16,094 bases of DNA from a virus. The stretch lies in the UHGV virus genome UHGV-0121456. One strand, 5' to 3'. The notes below the pieces were generated by a model. That model saw only the letters and a program-made list of their open reading frames with translations, was not told the DNA's origin and did not search any database. Shown here one piece after another: positions 7,488 to 14,586 of the stretch; position 1 is the stretch's first letter, and each line of letters opens with the position of its first letter. The translations under genes were made by a program, and so were the position numbers.

Positions 7488-7688
7488 CTAATCTTTCGGA
7501 TAGATATCCGGTCTTAAGTCAGATTTCGTAATTGCACCTGACGTGCATTGCTCAAGTTTTTTAGCCAGCACAAAACTGGCTTTTTTATAGCCATTGAAAA
7601 CCAGCCGTAAGTAGCCAGGTGTTGAGCCAACTTTTCCGGCCAACTCGCCCTGCTGTTCTTTGGTTAAAGAGTCCCAATACGCTTTCAT
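7488..7688 (-). CDS. cro: Cro-like helix-turn-helix repressor
   Basis: 66 aa MKAYWDSLTKEQQGELAGKVGSTPGYLRLVFNGYKKASFVLAKKLEQCTSGAITKSDLRPDIYPKD. ATG at 7688..7686 with GGAGG 10 nt upstream. Divergent from cI. The longer track ORF 7488..7991 would run through the operator region. Confidence 0.75.
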   Translation of the reverse strand: MKAYWDSLTKEQQGELAGKVGSTPGYLRLVFNGYKKASFVLAKKLEQCTSGAITKSDLRPDIYPKD

Positions 7689-7778
7689 ACAATATGTACC
7701 TCCGGTGTACATATTACATGATTGAAATGAACCTTCAAGATACTTGTACCTTAACGGTACAAGGGTTTTAATTTCGTT
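7689..7778. promoter_or_regulatory. OR-like immunity region: two palindromic operators (7692-7714 ATATGTAC-N7-GTACATAT; 7743-7763 CTTGTACC-N5-GGTACAAG) overlapping divergent promoters
   Basis: Perfect 8 bp inverted repeats sharing TGTAC-N7-GTACA. Candidate pR on the minus strand: -35 TTGAAG (7738..7733), 16 nt spacer, -10 TAATAT (7716..7711). Candidate pRM on the plus strand: -10 TTTAAT (7767-7772) about 7 nt before the cI ATG, which would make cI mRNA leaderless. Confidence 0.55.
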
Positions 7779-8453
7779 ATGAAAACAATCCATGACATCC
7801 GGCGGTCTAACGCCAGAAAACTGAGAGATGGTGTTGGCGGGAATTCTTCCTTTGCCACTATGATTGATCGCGAGCCAACCCAGACCAGCAGGTTTATGGG
7901 AGATGGTGCTACTAAAAATATCGGTGACAGCATGGCACGACACATCGAAAAATGTTTCGACCTGCCTGTCGGATGGCTCGATCAAGAACACCAGACAACG
8001 AACATCACAAAAAAACCTGATGTTTCAATCACTAATAAACAAATCACATTAGTCCCTGTCATATCATGGGTACAGGCCGGAGCATGGAAAGAAGTTGGAT
8101 ATTCTGAGGTTGATTTGAGCACAGCAGAAACGTATCCCTGCCCTGTACCCTGTGGGGAAATGACTTATATCTTGCGGGTGATAGGTGATTCAATGATTGA
8201 TGAGTACCGCCCGGGAGACATGATTTTTGTCGATCCTGAAGTACCTGCCTGCCACGGTGACGACGTTATTGCATTGATGCACGATACAGGCGAAACCACC
8301 TTCAAAAGGTTGATAGAAGATGGGACACAGCGTTATCTCAAAGCGTTAAACCCAAACTGGCCTGAGCCTTACATTAAGATCAACGGTAATTGCTCTATAA
8401 TTGGTACAGTGATTTTCTCAGGAAAACCAAGAAGATACAAAATCAAAGCCTAA
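7779..8453 (+). CDS. cI: CI-type prophage repressor (helix-turn-helix plus S24 LexA-like autopeptidase domain)
   Basis: 224 aa. C-terminal GDSMIDEYRPGDMIFVD ... TFKRL holds the Ser/Lys dyad. Divergent from cro across the operator region. No strong Shine-Dalgarno. Confidence 0.85.
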   Translation: MKTIHDIRRSNARKLRDGVGGNSSFATMIDREPTQTSRFMGDGATKNIGDSMARHIEKCFDLPVGWLDQEHQTTNITKKPDVSITNKQITLVPVISWVQAGAWKEVGYSEVDLSTAETYPCPVPCGEMTYILRVIGDSMIDEYRPGDMIFVDPEVPACHGDDVIALMHDTGETTFKRLIEDGTQRYLKALNPNWPEPYIKINGNCSIIGTVIFSGKPRRYKIKA

Positions 8454-8465
8454 TCAATGTTTATG

Positions 8466-8488
8466 AACCTGCTTCGGCAGGTTTTTTT
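8466..8488 (+). terminator. Intrinsic terminator downstream of cI
   Basis: 7 bp stem aacctgc/gcaggtt (8466-8472/8477-8483) with loop ttcg, followed by a run of seven T ending at 8488. It lies 13 bp after the cI stop. Confidence 0.75.
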
Positions 8489-8492
8489 ATAC

Positions 8493-8536
8493 TTGACAAT
8501 GTACCTTTGAGATACATAATGTACCCAAGCGAAACA
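8493..8536 (+). promoter_or_regulatory. pL-like promoter with overlapping OL-like operator half-sites
   Basis: TTGACA (8493-8498), 16 nt spacer, CATAAT (8515-8520). TGTAC at 8500-8504 with ATACA at 8512-8516 (N7 spacing as in the OR operators), and a second TGTAC at 8520-8524. Confidence 0.5.
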
Positions 8537-8667
8537 ACGAACAGGCAGGACGCCCACGAAGTAGCCGCCTGAGGCATATGAAGTCCTAGATGATTCGTTA
8601 GCAACAAAAAAGCGCCCTAGTGCACGCTTCGCTCTTTAACAATCTGGATATCCACAACAGTAGCAAT

Positions 8668-9159
8668 CTACAGATTGCCGTTAAGTTTTCTGGACAACTC
8701 CTCAATGGATGGAGGCGATACATAATCTGGATTTTTATTCATCAGAAACTTATTTTCACAGTGGAGGCACCTGCTTTTATGAAAAAGCTCATCTTCGCTA
8801 ACCGGGAATGGTTGAAGTATCGATACTATCTTTTGTCCAAAACATTTTGGGCAAAGATGCATGGTTATGCTGCCACCGTTCACGATTACCTCCTTCGAGT
8901 ATACAAAAGTACCCGACTCAAGTTGGTTAAGGATATAGCCTTCCGTCTGAGCCTCAAAGTTTTCGAATTCTGCAATTTTAGCTTTGAGAGAAGCATTTAT
9001 TTCTTGATAAGAGCCCACCAGTTCAACGAGAGACACGCATTCGCGCTGAATAGACGCAAGCTTTGAGTTCAGCTCACCAATAGCCGCATTTACTTCAGCT
9101 TGAGTTTTTGCCTCGTTCATTAGTTTTGCAATCTGGGCTGTTTCACGAATAGCCGTCAT
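8668..9159 (-). CDS. Hypothetical coiled-coil protein with a C-terminal Cys4 zinc-ribbon-like motif (CPKC ... CLHC); candidate accessory gene next to cI
   Basis: About 163 aa from ATG at 9159..9157 (MTAIRETAQIAKLMNEAKTQAEVNAAIGELNSKLASIQ...); GTG at 9183 is an alternative start. The upstream part of the 259 aa track ORF looks like junk. AT-rich island on the strand opposite to cI. Confidence 0.55.
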   Translation of the reverse strand: MTAIRETAQIAKLMNEAKTQAEVNAAIGELNSKLASIQRECVSLVELVGSYQEINASLKAKIAEFENFEAQTEGYILNQLESGTFVYSKEVIVNGGSITMHLCPKCFGQKIVSILQPFPVSEDELFHKSRCLHCENKFLMNKNPDYVSPPSIEELSRKLNGNL

Positions 9160-9197
9160 TGCTGCCGTTAATTCAGCGATCACATTGAATACTCTTA

Positions 9198-9243
9198 TTG
9201 TTGTTGGGGATATCCAGATTAACCGAATCCTTGTTGTTGGGGA
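9198..9243. repeat. Two exact 13 bp direct repeats TTGTTGTTGGGGA (9198-9210 and 9231-9243) upstream of the zinc-ribbon gene
   Basis: Exact copies 33 bp apart, 40-85 bp upstream of the start codon at 9159 on the minus strand. Candidate regulator-binding sites. Confidence 0.5.
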
Positions 9244-9469
9244 ATAACCAGGTCCACCTCGCCTGATGTGGCTAAAAGCAGGCACATAACAGCTAAGTAT
9301 TTTCAACCAGAGAGAATCCTTAGCGTTGTGGTGAATGCGGCTCAGCGCACGCGGGTTAAGGTTGAGGCTGACAGTCGACCTTCTGTGGATACCCACCCGC
9401 CTGGTGTGCAACCTTCGCCAGGCACCGGGAGGCACCCGGCACCACAACTTTATGCTGTGTGTAGTCCTG

Positions 9470-9515
9470 GCGGTACCAGTTTGTACCCTTGCTTCCAGCT
9501 GGTACCGCTCTTTTT
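9470..9515 (+). terminator. Strong intrinsic terminator (tL-like) in the structured intergenic region
   Basis: 10 bp perfect stem gcggtaccag/ctggtaccgc (9470-9479/9499-9508) with a 19 nt loop, followed by tcTTTTTac. Confidence 0.55.
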
Positions 9516-9652
9516 ACAAAACAGAGAAGAGCATCACCGGACGACGGGCTCATAACCCAATCCATCCGGGCGGCTGCCACCGCAGGTGTTCTTCTCTGTT
9601 TTGTGGAGAAACCAACCGACCTTGCAGGGTCGATATGATGAGGAACAGCAAA

Positions 9653-10015
9653 ATGGCTAGCGAACGCAGTACTGATGTGCAGGCATTTATCGGGGAGCTG
9701 GACGGCGGCGTATTTGAAACCAAAATCGGCGCAGTTCTCAGTGAAGTCGCTTCCGGTGTGATGAACACGAAAACCAAAGGGAAGGTCTCACTCAACCTGG
9801 AAATCGAACCATTTGATGAGAACCGTGTGAAAATCAAACACAAACTCTCATATATTCGCCCGACTAACCGCGGGAAAATTTCCGAAGAAGACACCACCGA
9901 AACGCCGATGTATGTCAATCGCGGTGGTCGCCTGACTATTCTGCAGGAAGACCAGGGACAATTACTGACTCTTGCCGGTGAACCTGACGGAAAACTCCGC
10001 GCAGCAGGTCATTAA
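9653..10015 (+). CDS. yfdP: YfdP-like prophage protein (120 aa)
   Basis: ATG at 9653 with GAGGAA 7 nt upstream. The N-terminal extension in the track (from 9335) is Arg/Cys-rich junk. Symbol assigned from remembered size and synteny with the CPS-53/KplE1 yfdPQRST block, not from sequence recall. Confidence 0.55.
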   Translation: MASERSTDVQAFIGELDGGVFETKIGAVLSEVASGVMNTKTKGKVSLNLEIEPFDENRVKIKHKLSYIRPTNRGKISEEDTTETPMYVNRGGRLTILQEDQGQLLTLAGEPDGKLRAAGH

Positions 10016-10080
10016 TATCGTTTTTAATAAACTGATTATTTATCTCATCACTGAATATTTTTATATAGTGAGGATTTATT

Positions 10081-10905
10081 ATGTCTCAGAACTTAGACGC
10101 AACCGCAATTAATCAAATCCATGCCCTTATTTCTGCTCAGGGTGTTAATGAAATTATCAGTAAGATTGGTGCCGATGCTGTGGCATTGCCTGAGAATTTC
10201 CGCATTCATGATCTGGAAAAATTTAATTTAAATCGCTTCCGTTTCCGTGGCGCGCTTTCCACTGCCAGCATCGATGACTTTACCCGTTATTCTAAAGATC
10301 TTGCAGATGAAGGCACCCGCTGCTTTATCGATGCCGATAATATGCGAGCCGTCAGTGTGCTTAACCTGGGCACTATTGATGAACCTGGTCATGCAGATAA
10401 CACTGCCACTCTCAAACTGAAAAAGACAGCCCCGTTCTCTGCTCTGTTGTCTGTTAATGGCGAGCGTAACTCCCAGAAGTCACTGGCAGAATGGATTGAA
10501 GACTGGGCCGACTACCTTGTGGGCTTTGATGCTAATGGTGACGCCATTCAGGCAACAAAAGCAGCTGCGGCAGTCCGTAAAATCACAATTGAAGCAAACC
10601 AGACCGCTGATTTTGAAGACAATGACTTCAGCGGCAAACGCTCTCTGATGGAGTCTGTCGAAGCGAAGACCAAAGACATTATGCCAGTGGCATTTGAATT
10701 TAAATGCGTTCCGTTTGAAGGTCTGAAAGAACGTCCGTTTAAATTACGCCTCAGCATTATCACTGGCGATCGTCCTGTACTGGTTCTGCGCATTATTCAG
10801 CTGGAAGCGGTGCAGGAAGAAATGGCTAACGAATTTCGTGATCTGCTTGTTGAGAAATTCAAAGACAGCAAAGTAGAAACCTTTATTGGTACTTTCACCG
10901 CCTGA
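10081..10905 (+). CDS. yfdQ: YfdQ-like DUF2303-family protein (274 aa)
   Basis: ATG at 10081 with GAGGA upstream. Size and neighbours (120 aa, 274 aa, 178 aa HD protein, 120 aa) match my recollection of the K-12 CPS-53 yfdP-yfdS block. Confidence 0.7.
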   Translation: MSQNLDATAINQIHALISAQGVNEIISKIGADAVALPENFRIHDLEKFNLNRFRFRGALSTASIDDFTRYSKDLADEGTRCFIDADNMRAVSVLNLGTIDEPGHADNTATLKLKKTAPFSALLSVNGERNSQKSLAEWIEDWADYLVGFDANGDAIQATKAAAAVRKITIEANQTADFEDNDFSGKRSLMESVEAKTKDIMPVAFEFKCVPFEGLKERPFKLRLSIITGDRPVLVLRIIQLEAVQEEMANEFRDLLVEKFKDSKVETFIGTFTA

Positions 10906-10916
10906 TTTCATTACTG

Positions 10917-10940
10917 CAAATGCCCCTGCGGGGGCATTTA
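10917..10940 (+). terminator. Candidate intrinsic terminator after the yfdQ-like gene
   Basis: 9 bp GC-rich stem aaatgcccc/ggggcattt (10917-10925/10930-10938) with loop tgcg, followed by a short T/A tail. Confidence 0.4.
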
Positions 10941-11033
10941 TGGAAACGTAATTAACTCAATAATCGCCTGAAGGCGAGGGTTTTCTTTAACCAAAATTCA
11001 GCGCGGTGCAGCGCATATAACGTGGAGAACAAA

Positions 11034-11570
11034 ATGTCATTTATTAAAACTTTTTCCGGGAAGCATTTTTATTATGACAGGATAAATAAAGACAACATCG
11101 ATATTAACGATATCGCGGTTTCCCTTTCAAATATCTGTCGCTTTGCCGGTCATCTTTCACACTTCTACAGCGTCGCCCAACATGCGGTGCTTTGCAGCCA
11201 GCTGGTGCCGCAGGAATTTGCTTTTGAAGCGTTAATGCATGATGCAACAGAAGCGTATTGCCAGGACATCCCCGCGCCACTGAAACGCCTTCTTCCTGAC
11301 TATAAACGGATGGAAGAAAAAATAGACGCCGTAATCCGTGAGAAATACGGGTTACCCCCGGTTATGAGTACGCCCGTGAAATATGCCGATCTCATCATGC
11401 TGGCAACCGAACGCCGTGATCTCGGGCTTGATGATGGCTCTTTCTGGCCTGTACTGGAAGGCATCCCGGCAACAGAGATGTTCAACGTGATTCCACTGGC
11501 ACCTAGCCATGCCTACGGGATGTTTATGGAACGTTTTAACGAGTTATCGGAGTTACGCAAATGCGCATGA
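11034..11570 (+). CDS. yfdR: HD-domain phosphohydrolase (YfdR-like, 5'-deoxynucleotidase family), 178 aa
   Basis: HD motif region ...HAVLCSQLVPQEFAFEALMHDATEAYCQDIP... Probable start is ATG at 11034 with GGAG 6 nt upstream; the track start at 11022 is GTG. Confidence 0.75.
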   Translation: MSFIKTFSGKHFYYDRINKDNIDINDIAVSLSNICRFAGHLSHFYSVAQHAVLCSQLVPQEFAFEALMHDATEAYCQDIPAPLKRLLPDYKRMEEKIDAVIREKYGLPPVMSTPVKYADLIMLATERRDLGLDDGSFWPVLEGIPATEMFNVIPLAPSHAYGMFMERFNELSELRKCA

Positions 11571-11923
11571 ATGTTTTCGAAATGGAAGGGTTTCTTCGCG
11601 GGAAATGTGTACCGCGAGATCTGAAAGTGAACGAAACAAATGCTGAGTACCTGGTACGTAAATTCGACGCGCTTGAAGCTAAATGTGCGGCACTGGAAAA
11701 CAAAATAATACCAGTGTCAGCTGAACTGCCACCAGCAAATGAAAGTGTTCTGTTATTTGATGCTAACGGAGAAGGCTGGCTGATTGGCTGGCGTTCTCTC
11801 TGGTACACCTGGGGACAAAAAGAAACCGGAGAATGGCAGTGGACATTTCAGGTCGGGGACCTTGAAAACTTCAATATCACTCACTGGGCAGTAATGCCAA
11901 AAGCGCCGGAGGCTGGAGCATAA
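11561..11923 (+). CDS. yfdS: YfdS-like protein (120 aa) with a DUF551-like C-terminus
   Basis: ATG at 11561 with GGAG upstream; overlaps the yfdR-like stop. C-terminal ITHWAVMPKAPE motif. Confidence 0.6.
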   Translation: MRMNVFEMEGFLRGKCVPRDLKVNETNAEYLVRKFDALEAKCAALENKIIPVSAELPPANESVLLFDANGEGWLIGWRSLWYTWGQKETGEWQWTFQVGDLENFNITHWAVMPKAPEAGA

Positions 11924-12543
11924 TGACCACTTTCACCGATAAGGAACTGATTAAAGAAATCAAAGAACGAATCGGCAGCTTAGACGTGCGAGACAATGTT
12001 GAGCGCCGTGCTTATGAAATTGCTCTGGCATCACTGGAAGCAGAGCCGGTGGCGTGGCTTCATTCAGACAATGGCTTAGGTATTCCGGCAATAACCAGGA
12101 GCAAAAACATTGCTGACAGTTGGTTATCAAGGGGCTGGTATGTTCAGCCGCTATATATGGCTCAGCCAGTGTCGGTGGTGCCGGATGCTCTTCCGTCTTT
12201 AAATAATGGCATAGTCGGCTTTGATGAAGGCTGGAACGCCTGCCGCGCCGTCATGCTTCATGGTGCCGAACCTGTAAGCCAGACTTACAAGTTGAACAAG
12301 CTGTCGGGCAACTCTCCGGTAACTCCGGATGGTTGGATAAGCTGTAGTGAGCGAATGCCGAACGATAAACAGTATGTTTGGTGTTGGGGGAAGTCTTACG
12401 GCTGGACTGAGTGCGATACCTTCGAAGGGTATTACGATTGGTCGAGAAACAAATGGTGGGCAATTACTGACGATGGGGAAGAACCGGCATCGAAAGTAAC
12501 CCACTGGATGACGCTACCGGAGCCACCGCAGGAGGTGAAGTAA
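11923..12543 (+). CDS. DUF551 domain protein (YfdT-like region)
   Basis: 206 aa. C-terminus WISCSERMPNDKQYVWCW ... THWMTLPEPP is typical of DUF551. TAATG coupling with neighbours at both ends. Confidence 0.65.
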   Translation: MTTFTDKELIKEIKERIGSLDVRDNVERRAYEIALASLEAEPVAWLHSDNGLGIPAITRSKNIADSWLSRGWYVQPLYMAQPVSVVPDALPSLNNGIVGFDEGWNACRAVMLHGAEPVSQTYKLNKLSGNSPVTPDGWISCSERMPNDKQYVWCWGKSYGWTECDTFEGYYDWSRNKWWAITDDGEEPASKVTHWMTLPEPPQEVK

Positions 12544-12758
12544 TGAACAACTTAATGACAACTAAACAAGTCGCCGACTTCTGTGGCGTTTCAGTATCGA
12601 CCGTTCTTCGCTGGAACAGTGTAAACAGGAGAACTGGCCAGAAATACAGGCCAGACTTTCCAGATCCTGATATTAAATCCTGCCCAAATAAATGGGCATC
12701 ACGTAAGATTTACAAATTTGCCGGAGTTATTGAGGAATGTGAAGCAGCTCAGATATGA
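12543..12758 (+). CDS. Excisionase-like or AlpA-family helix-turn-helix DNA-binding protein (putative recombination directionality factor)
   Basis: 71 aa. MTTKQVADFCGVSVSTVLRW is a helix-turn-helix. GGAGG Shine-Dalgarno. Last gene of the early-left operon, near the integrase. Confidence 0.6.
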   Translation: MNNLMTTKQVADFCGVSVSTVLRWNSVNRRTGQKYRPDFPDPDIKSCPNKWASRKIYKFAGVIEECEAAQI

Positions 12759-12801
12759 GATGACACATCCTATAGCACATAGCCAAACATAGCAATCAGA
12801 C

Positions 12802-12826
12802 TGTCCGCTTTGTGTTGAAGCGGACA
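12802..12826 (+). other. Stem-loop downstream of the xis-like gene (8 bp stem tgtccgct/agcggaca); possible terminator or boundary of the cargo island
   Basis: Perfect 8 bp inverted repeat with a 9 nt loop and no clear U-tract. It marks the transition into the AT-rich cargo region. Confidence 0.3.
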
Positions 12827-12988
12827 TTGCCGCAGCGACTTGTCTTAGCCATAAATAACCAAAACGATGCGCTGTTCATATAAAGTTCTTTTAAACTTCA
12901 AATCAGTAATTTTTGTCTAAATCTTTTCAAACTCATAAAAACCAGTAAGATAAGAAATCACCTTTACCTGTTTTTATGAGAGGCATAA

Positions 12989-14215
12989 ATGATTGATAAT
13001 GAAGTTAAAATTTTTGCAAAAGAAAAAGAAAAAATGCTGTGCAACAAACTTTCTTTTTACAGGGAGCATGCTCAATCGAGTGAAGATACAAGAAAAAGAA
13101 ACGAATTTGAACGAGACTATGCGCGTATTCTTTATTCCTCTTCGTTCCGCCGGTTACAGGGGAAAATGCAGCTCTTTGAAGTCGATCCTCAAAAATTTAA
13201 CCGTAATAGACTGACTCATAGCCTAGAAGTTGCCCAGATAGCCCGAAGCATCGCATCCGAACTAGAACTTGAACATCCTGTTGTAGCAGAACTGGCTGCA
13301 CTTGCTCACGATATTGGCAACCCTCCGTTTGGTCATTCCGGTGAAAAAAAGCTAAACGATATTGCTAATGATTTCGGCGGCTACGAAGGCAATGCACAGG
13401 CACTTAGAATACTCAGAAGTCTCGAGATAAAGCATCCAAATTGCCCCGGTCTCAACCTTACCCACCGTGCCATTCTCTCCGTCGTTAAATATCCTTATAA
13501 AAAGGAAAACGGCAGAAAAAAATATCTTTATAATGATGACTATAAATACTACACAGAATTGGTAAATAGATATGAATTAGATTTGCAGACTGGCGAGAAG
13601 ACCATTGATGCACAGATAATGGATCTGTCAGACGAAATTGCATATGCCGCGCATGACCTTGAAGATGCACTAAGCCGTAGCATGGTCAGTATTGAAGATA
13701 TTTTTTATGAGTTTGGGATATCCAAGTACAAAGACTCAATTGATTTATTAAATACAATCATTGAAAAATCTAAATATACAGCTTCGAGAGCATCAAGACT
13801 CAATTCATCTGAAGAGTTCGCCATAATATTCAGAAAGGAATTGACATCCAATATTGTTAATGCGCTTGTTAATGATATTACTGTTATTCAAAGTGAAAAT
13901 GGATTCAAGCAACTTGGATTTAGCACTACAAAAAATCTGTCTGCAGGCCTTAAAGATATCGTATTTAAAGTCATCATGCGAAAAAGAGATATTAAAAGTT
14001 ATGAGCACAAAGGAAACATTATCATCGAAGATTTATTTAATTTTTATAATTATAGAGATAACATAGAATTCATATCCCCTCAACTGTATAGAACGCTCCC
14101 AAATAAAATAGAGCCTATTTATCAAGAACTTAAAAAACGTGCAATTGTCGACTACATCTCTGGAATGATGGATACATTTGCCATCCGCGAGTGGGAAACG
14201 CATCACAAAAAATAA
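12989..14215 (+). CDS. dGTPase-family HD-domain deoxynucleoside triphosphate triphosphohydrolase (Dgt-like); candidate nucleotide-depletion defence gene
   Basis: 408 aa. Motifs RLTHSLEVAQIARSIA, HDIGNPPFGHSGE, YEGNAQALRIL, DLSDEIAYAAHDLEDAL, VDYISGMMDTFAIREW match E. coli Dgt signatures. ATG at 12989 with GAGAGG Shine-Dalgarno. Sits in a strongly AT-rich island between the xis-like gene and the integrase. Confidence 0.85.
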   Translation: MIDNEVKIFAKEKEKMLCNKLSFYREHAQSSEDTRKRNEFERDYARILYSSSFRRLQGKMQLFEVDPQKFNRNRLTHSLEVAQIARSIASELELEHPVVAELAALAHDIGNPPFGHSGEKKLNDIANDFGGYEGNAQALRILRSLEIKHPNCPGLNLTHRAILSVVKYPYKKENGRKKYLYNDDYKYYTELVNRYELDLQTGEKTIDAQIMDLSDEIAYAAHDLEDALSRSMVSIEDIFYEFGISKYKDSIDLLNTIIEKSKYTASRASRLNSSEEFAIIFRKELTSNIVNALVNDITVIQSENGFKQLGFSTTKNLSAGLKDIVFKVIMRKRDIKSYEHKGNIIIEDLFNFYNYRDNIEFISPQLYRTLPNKIEPIYQELKKRAIVDYISGMMDTFAIREWETHHKK

Positions 14216-14261
14216 CCAAACTGGCGCACATCAACAACAGATTCAGTGCCACTCTTCCCAT

Positions 14262-14283
14262 GGGACAGAACAGTGATTCTGTC
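14262..14283 (+). other. Hairpin downstream of the dGTPase gene (8 bp stem ggacagaa/ttctgtcc, 6 nt loop); possible terminator
   Basis: Perfect inverted repeat 47 bp after the stop, preceded by the palindrome CCCATGGG. Weak U-tract. Confidence 0.3.
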
Positions 14284-14586
14284 CATTATCACCCGATTAT
14301 ACAGATAAGCCACATCTAGTAGTTCTGAGCTAGCATTTTCCACATTGATTACGCTTCCGTGCACATCGTTATTTTTAACCAAAAAGAAAGGACATATGCA
14401 AAAATAATATCAAGTAACGGAGTGTGTTAAATCGTAACCAATCATCTTTACTTTACATTTCGTAACTTAAACCGTACGTTTTCTAAACATTAAATATACA
14501 CTTTGCGCTGTAAGTTGTATCTCTCCGTTAAGCTCACTGCTCAACGCCAATAGTCATATTTTATTGCGTTCTGGCTGCGCAAATTG

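Noticed and set aside
7689-7991. N-terminal extension of cro (track ORF 7488..7991, 167 aa) and nested ORF 7751..7945
   Set aside because: The extension reads through the operator and promoter region and overlaps the cI start on the opposite strand. The conserved Cro-like domain begins at the Met at 7688, which has a good GGAGG site.
8620-9066. 148 aa plus-strand ORF downstream of the pL-like promoter (considered as a possible N-like antiterminator)
   Set aside because: Translation is aromatic- and Ile-rich with no Arg-rich motif, and it is antisense to the better-supported minus-strand zinc-ribbon gene.
9330-9610. Retron msr/msd RNA, tRNA or CRISPR array as an explanation for the structured region
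   Set aside because: No reverse transcriptase gene adjacent; no cloverleaf with a T-loop motif; no regularly spaced direct repeats. Kept only as an unassigned structured RNA or terminator region.
9268-9652. ORFs 9268..9555 (plus), 9356..9580 (minus) and the 5' extension of 9335..10015
   Set aside because: They lie in the GC-rich structured intergenic region; translations are Pro/Arg/Cys-rich junk; the yfdP-like gene has a good ribosome-binding site at its internal ATG (9653).
14216-14586. Attachment site (att) in the 370 bp gap between the dGTPase gene and the 3' end of int
   Set aside because: An att junction here would separate the integrase from the prophage it serves. With int reading inward from 15810, P4-like organisation places att and the target tRNA beyond the int 5' end, past the window edge. 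The gap is more likely the cargo terminator or spacer.
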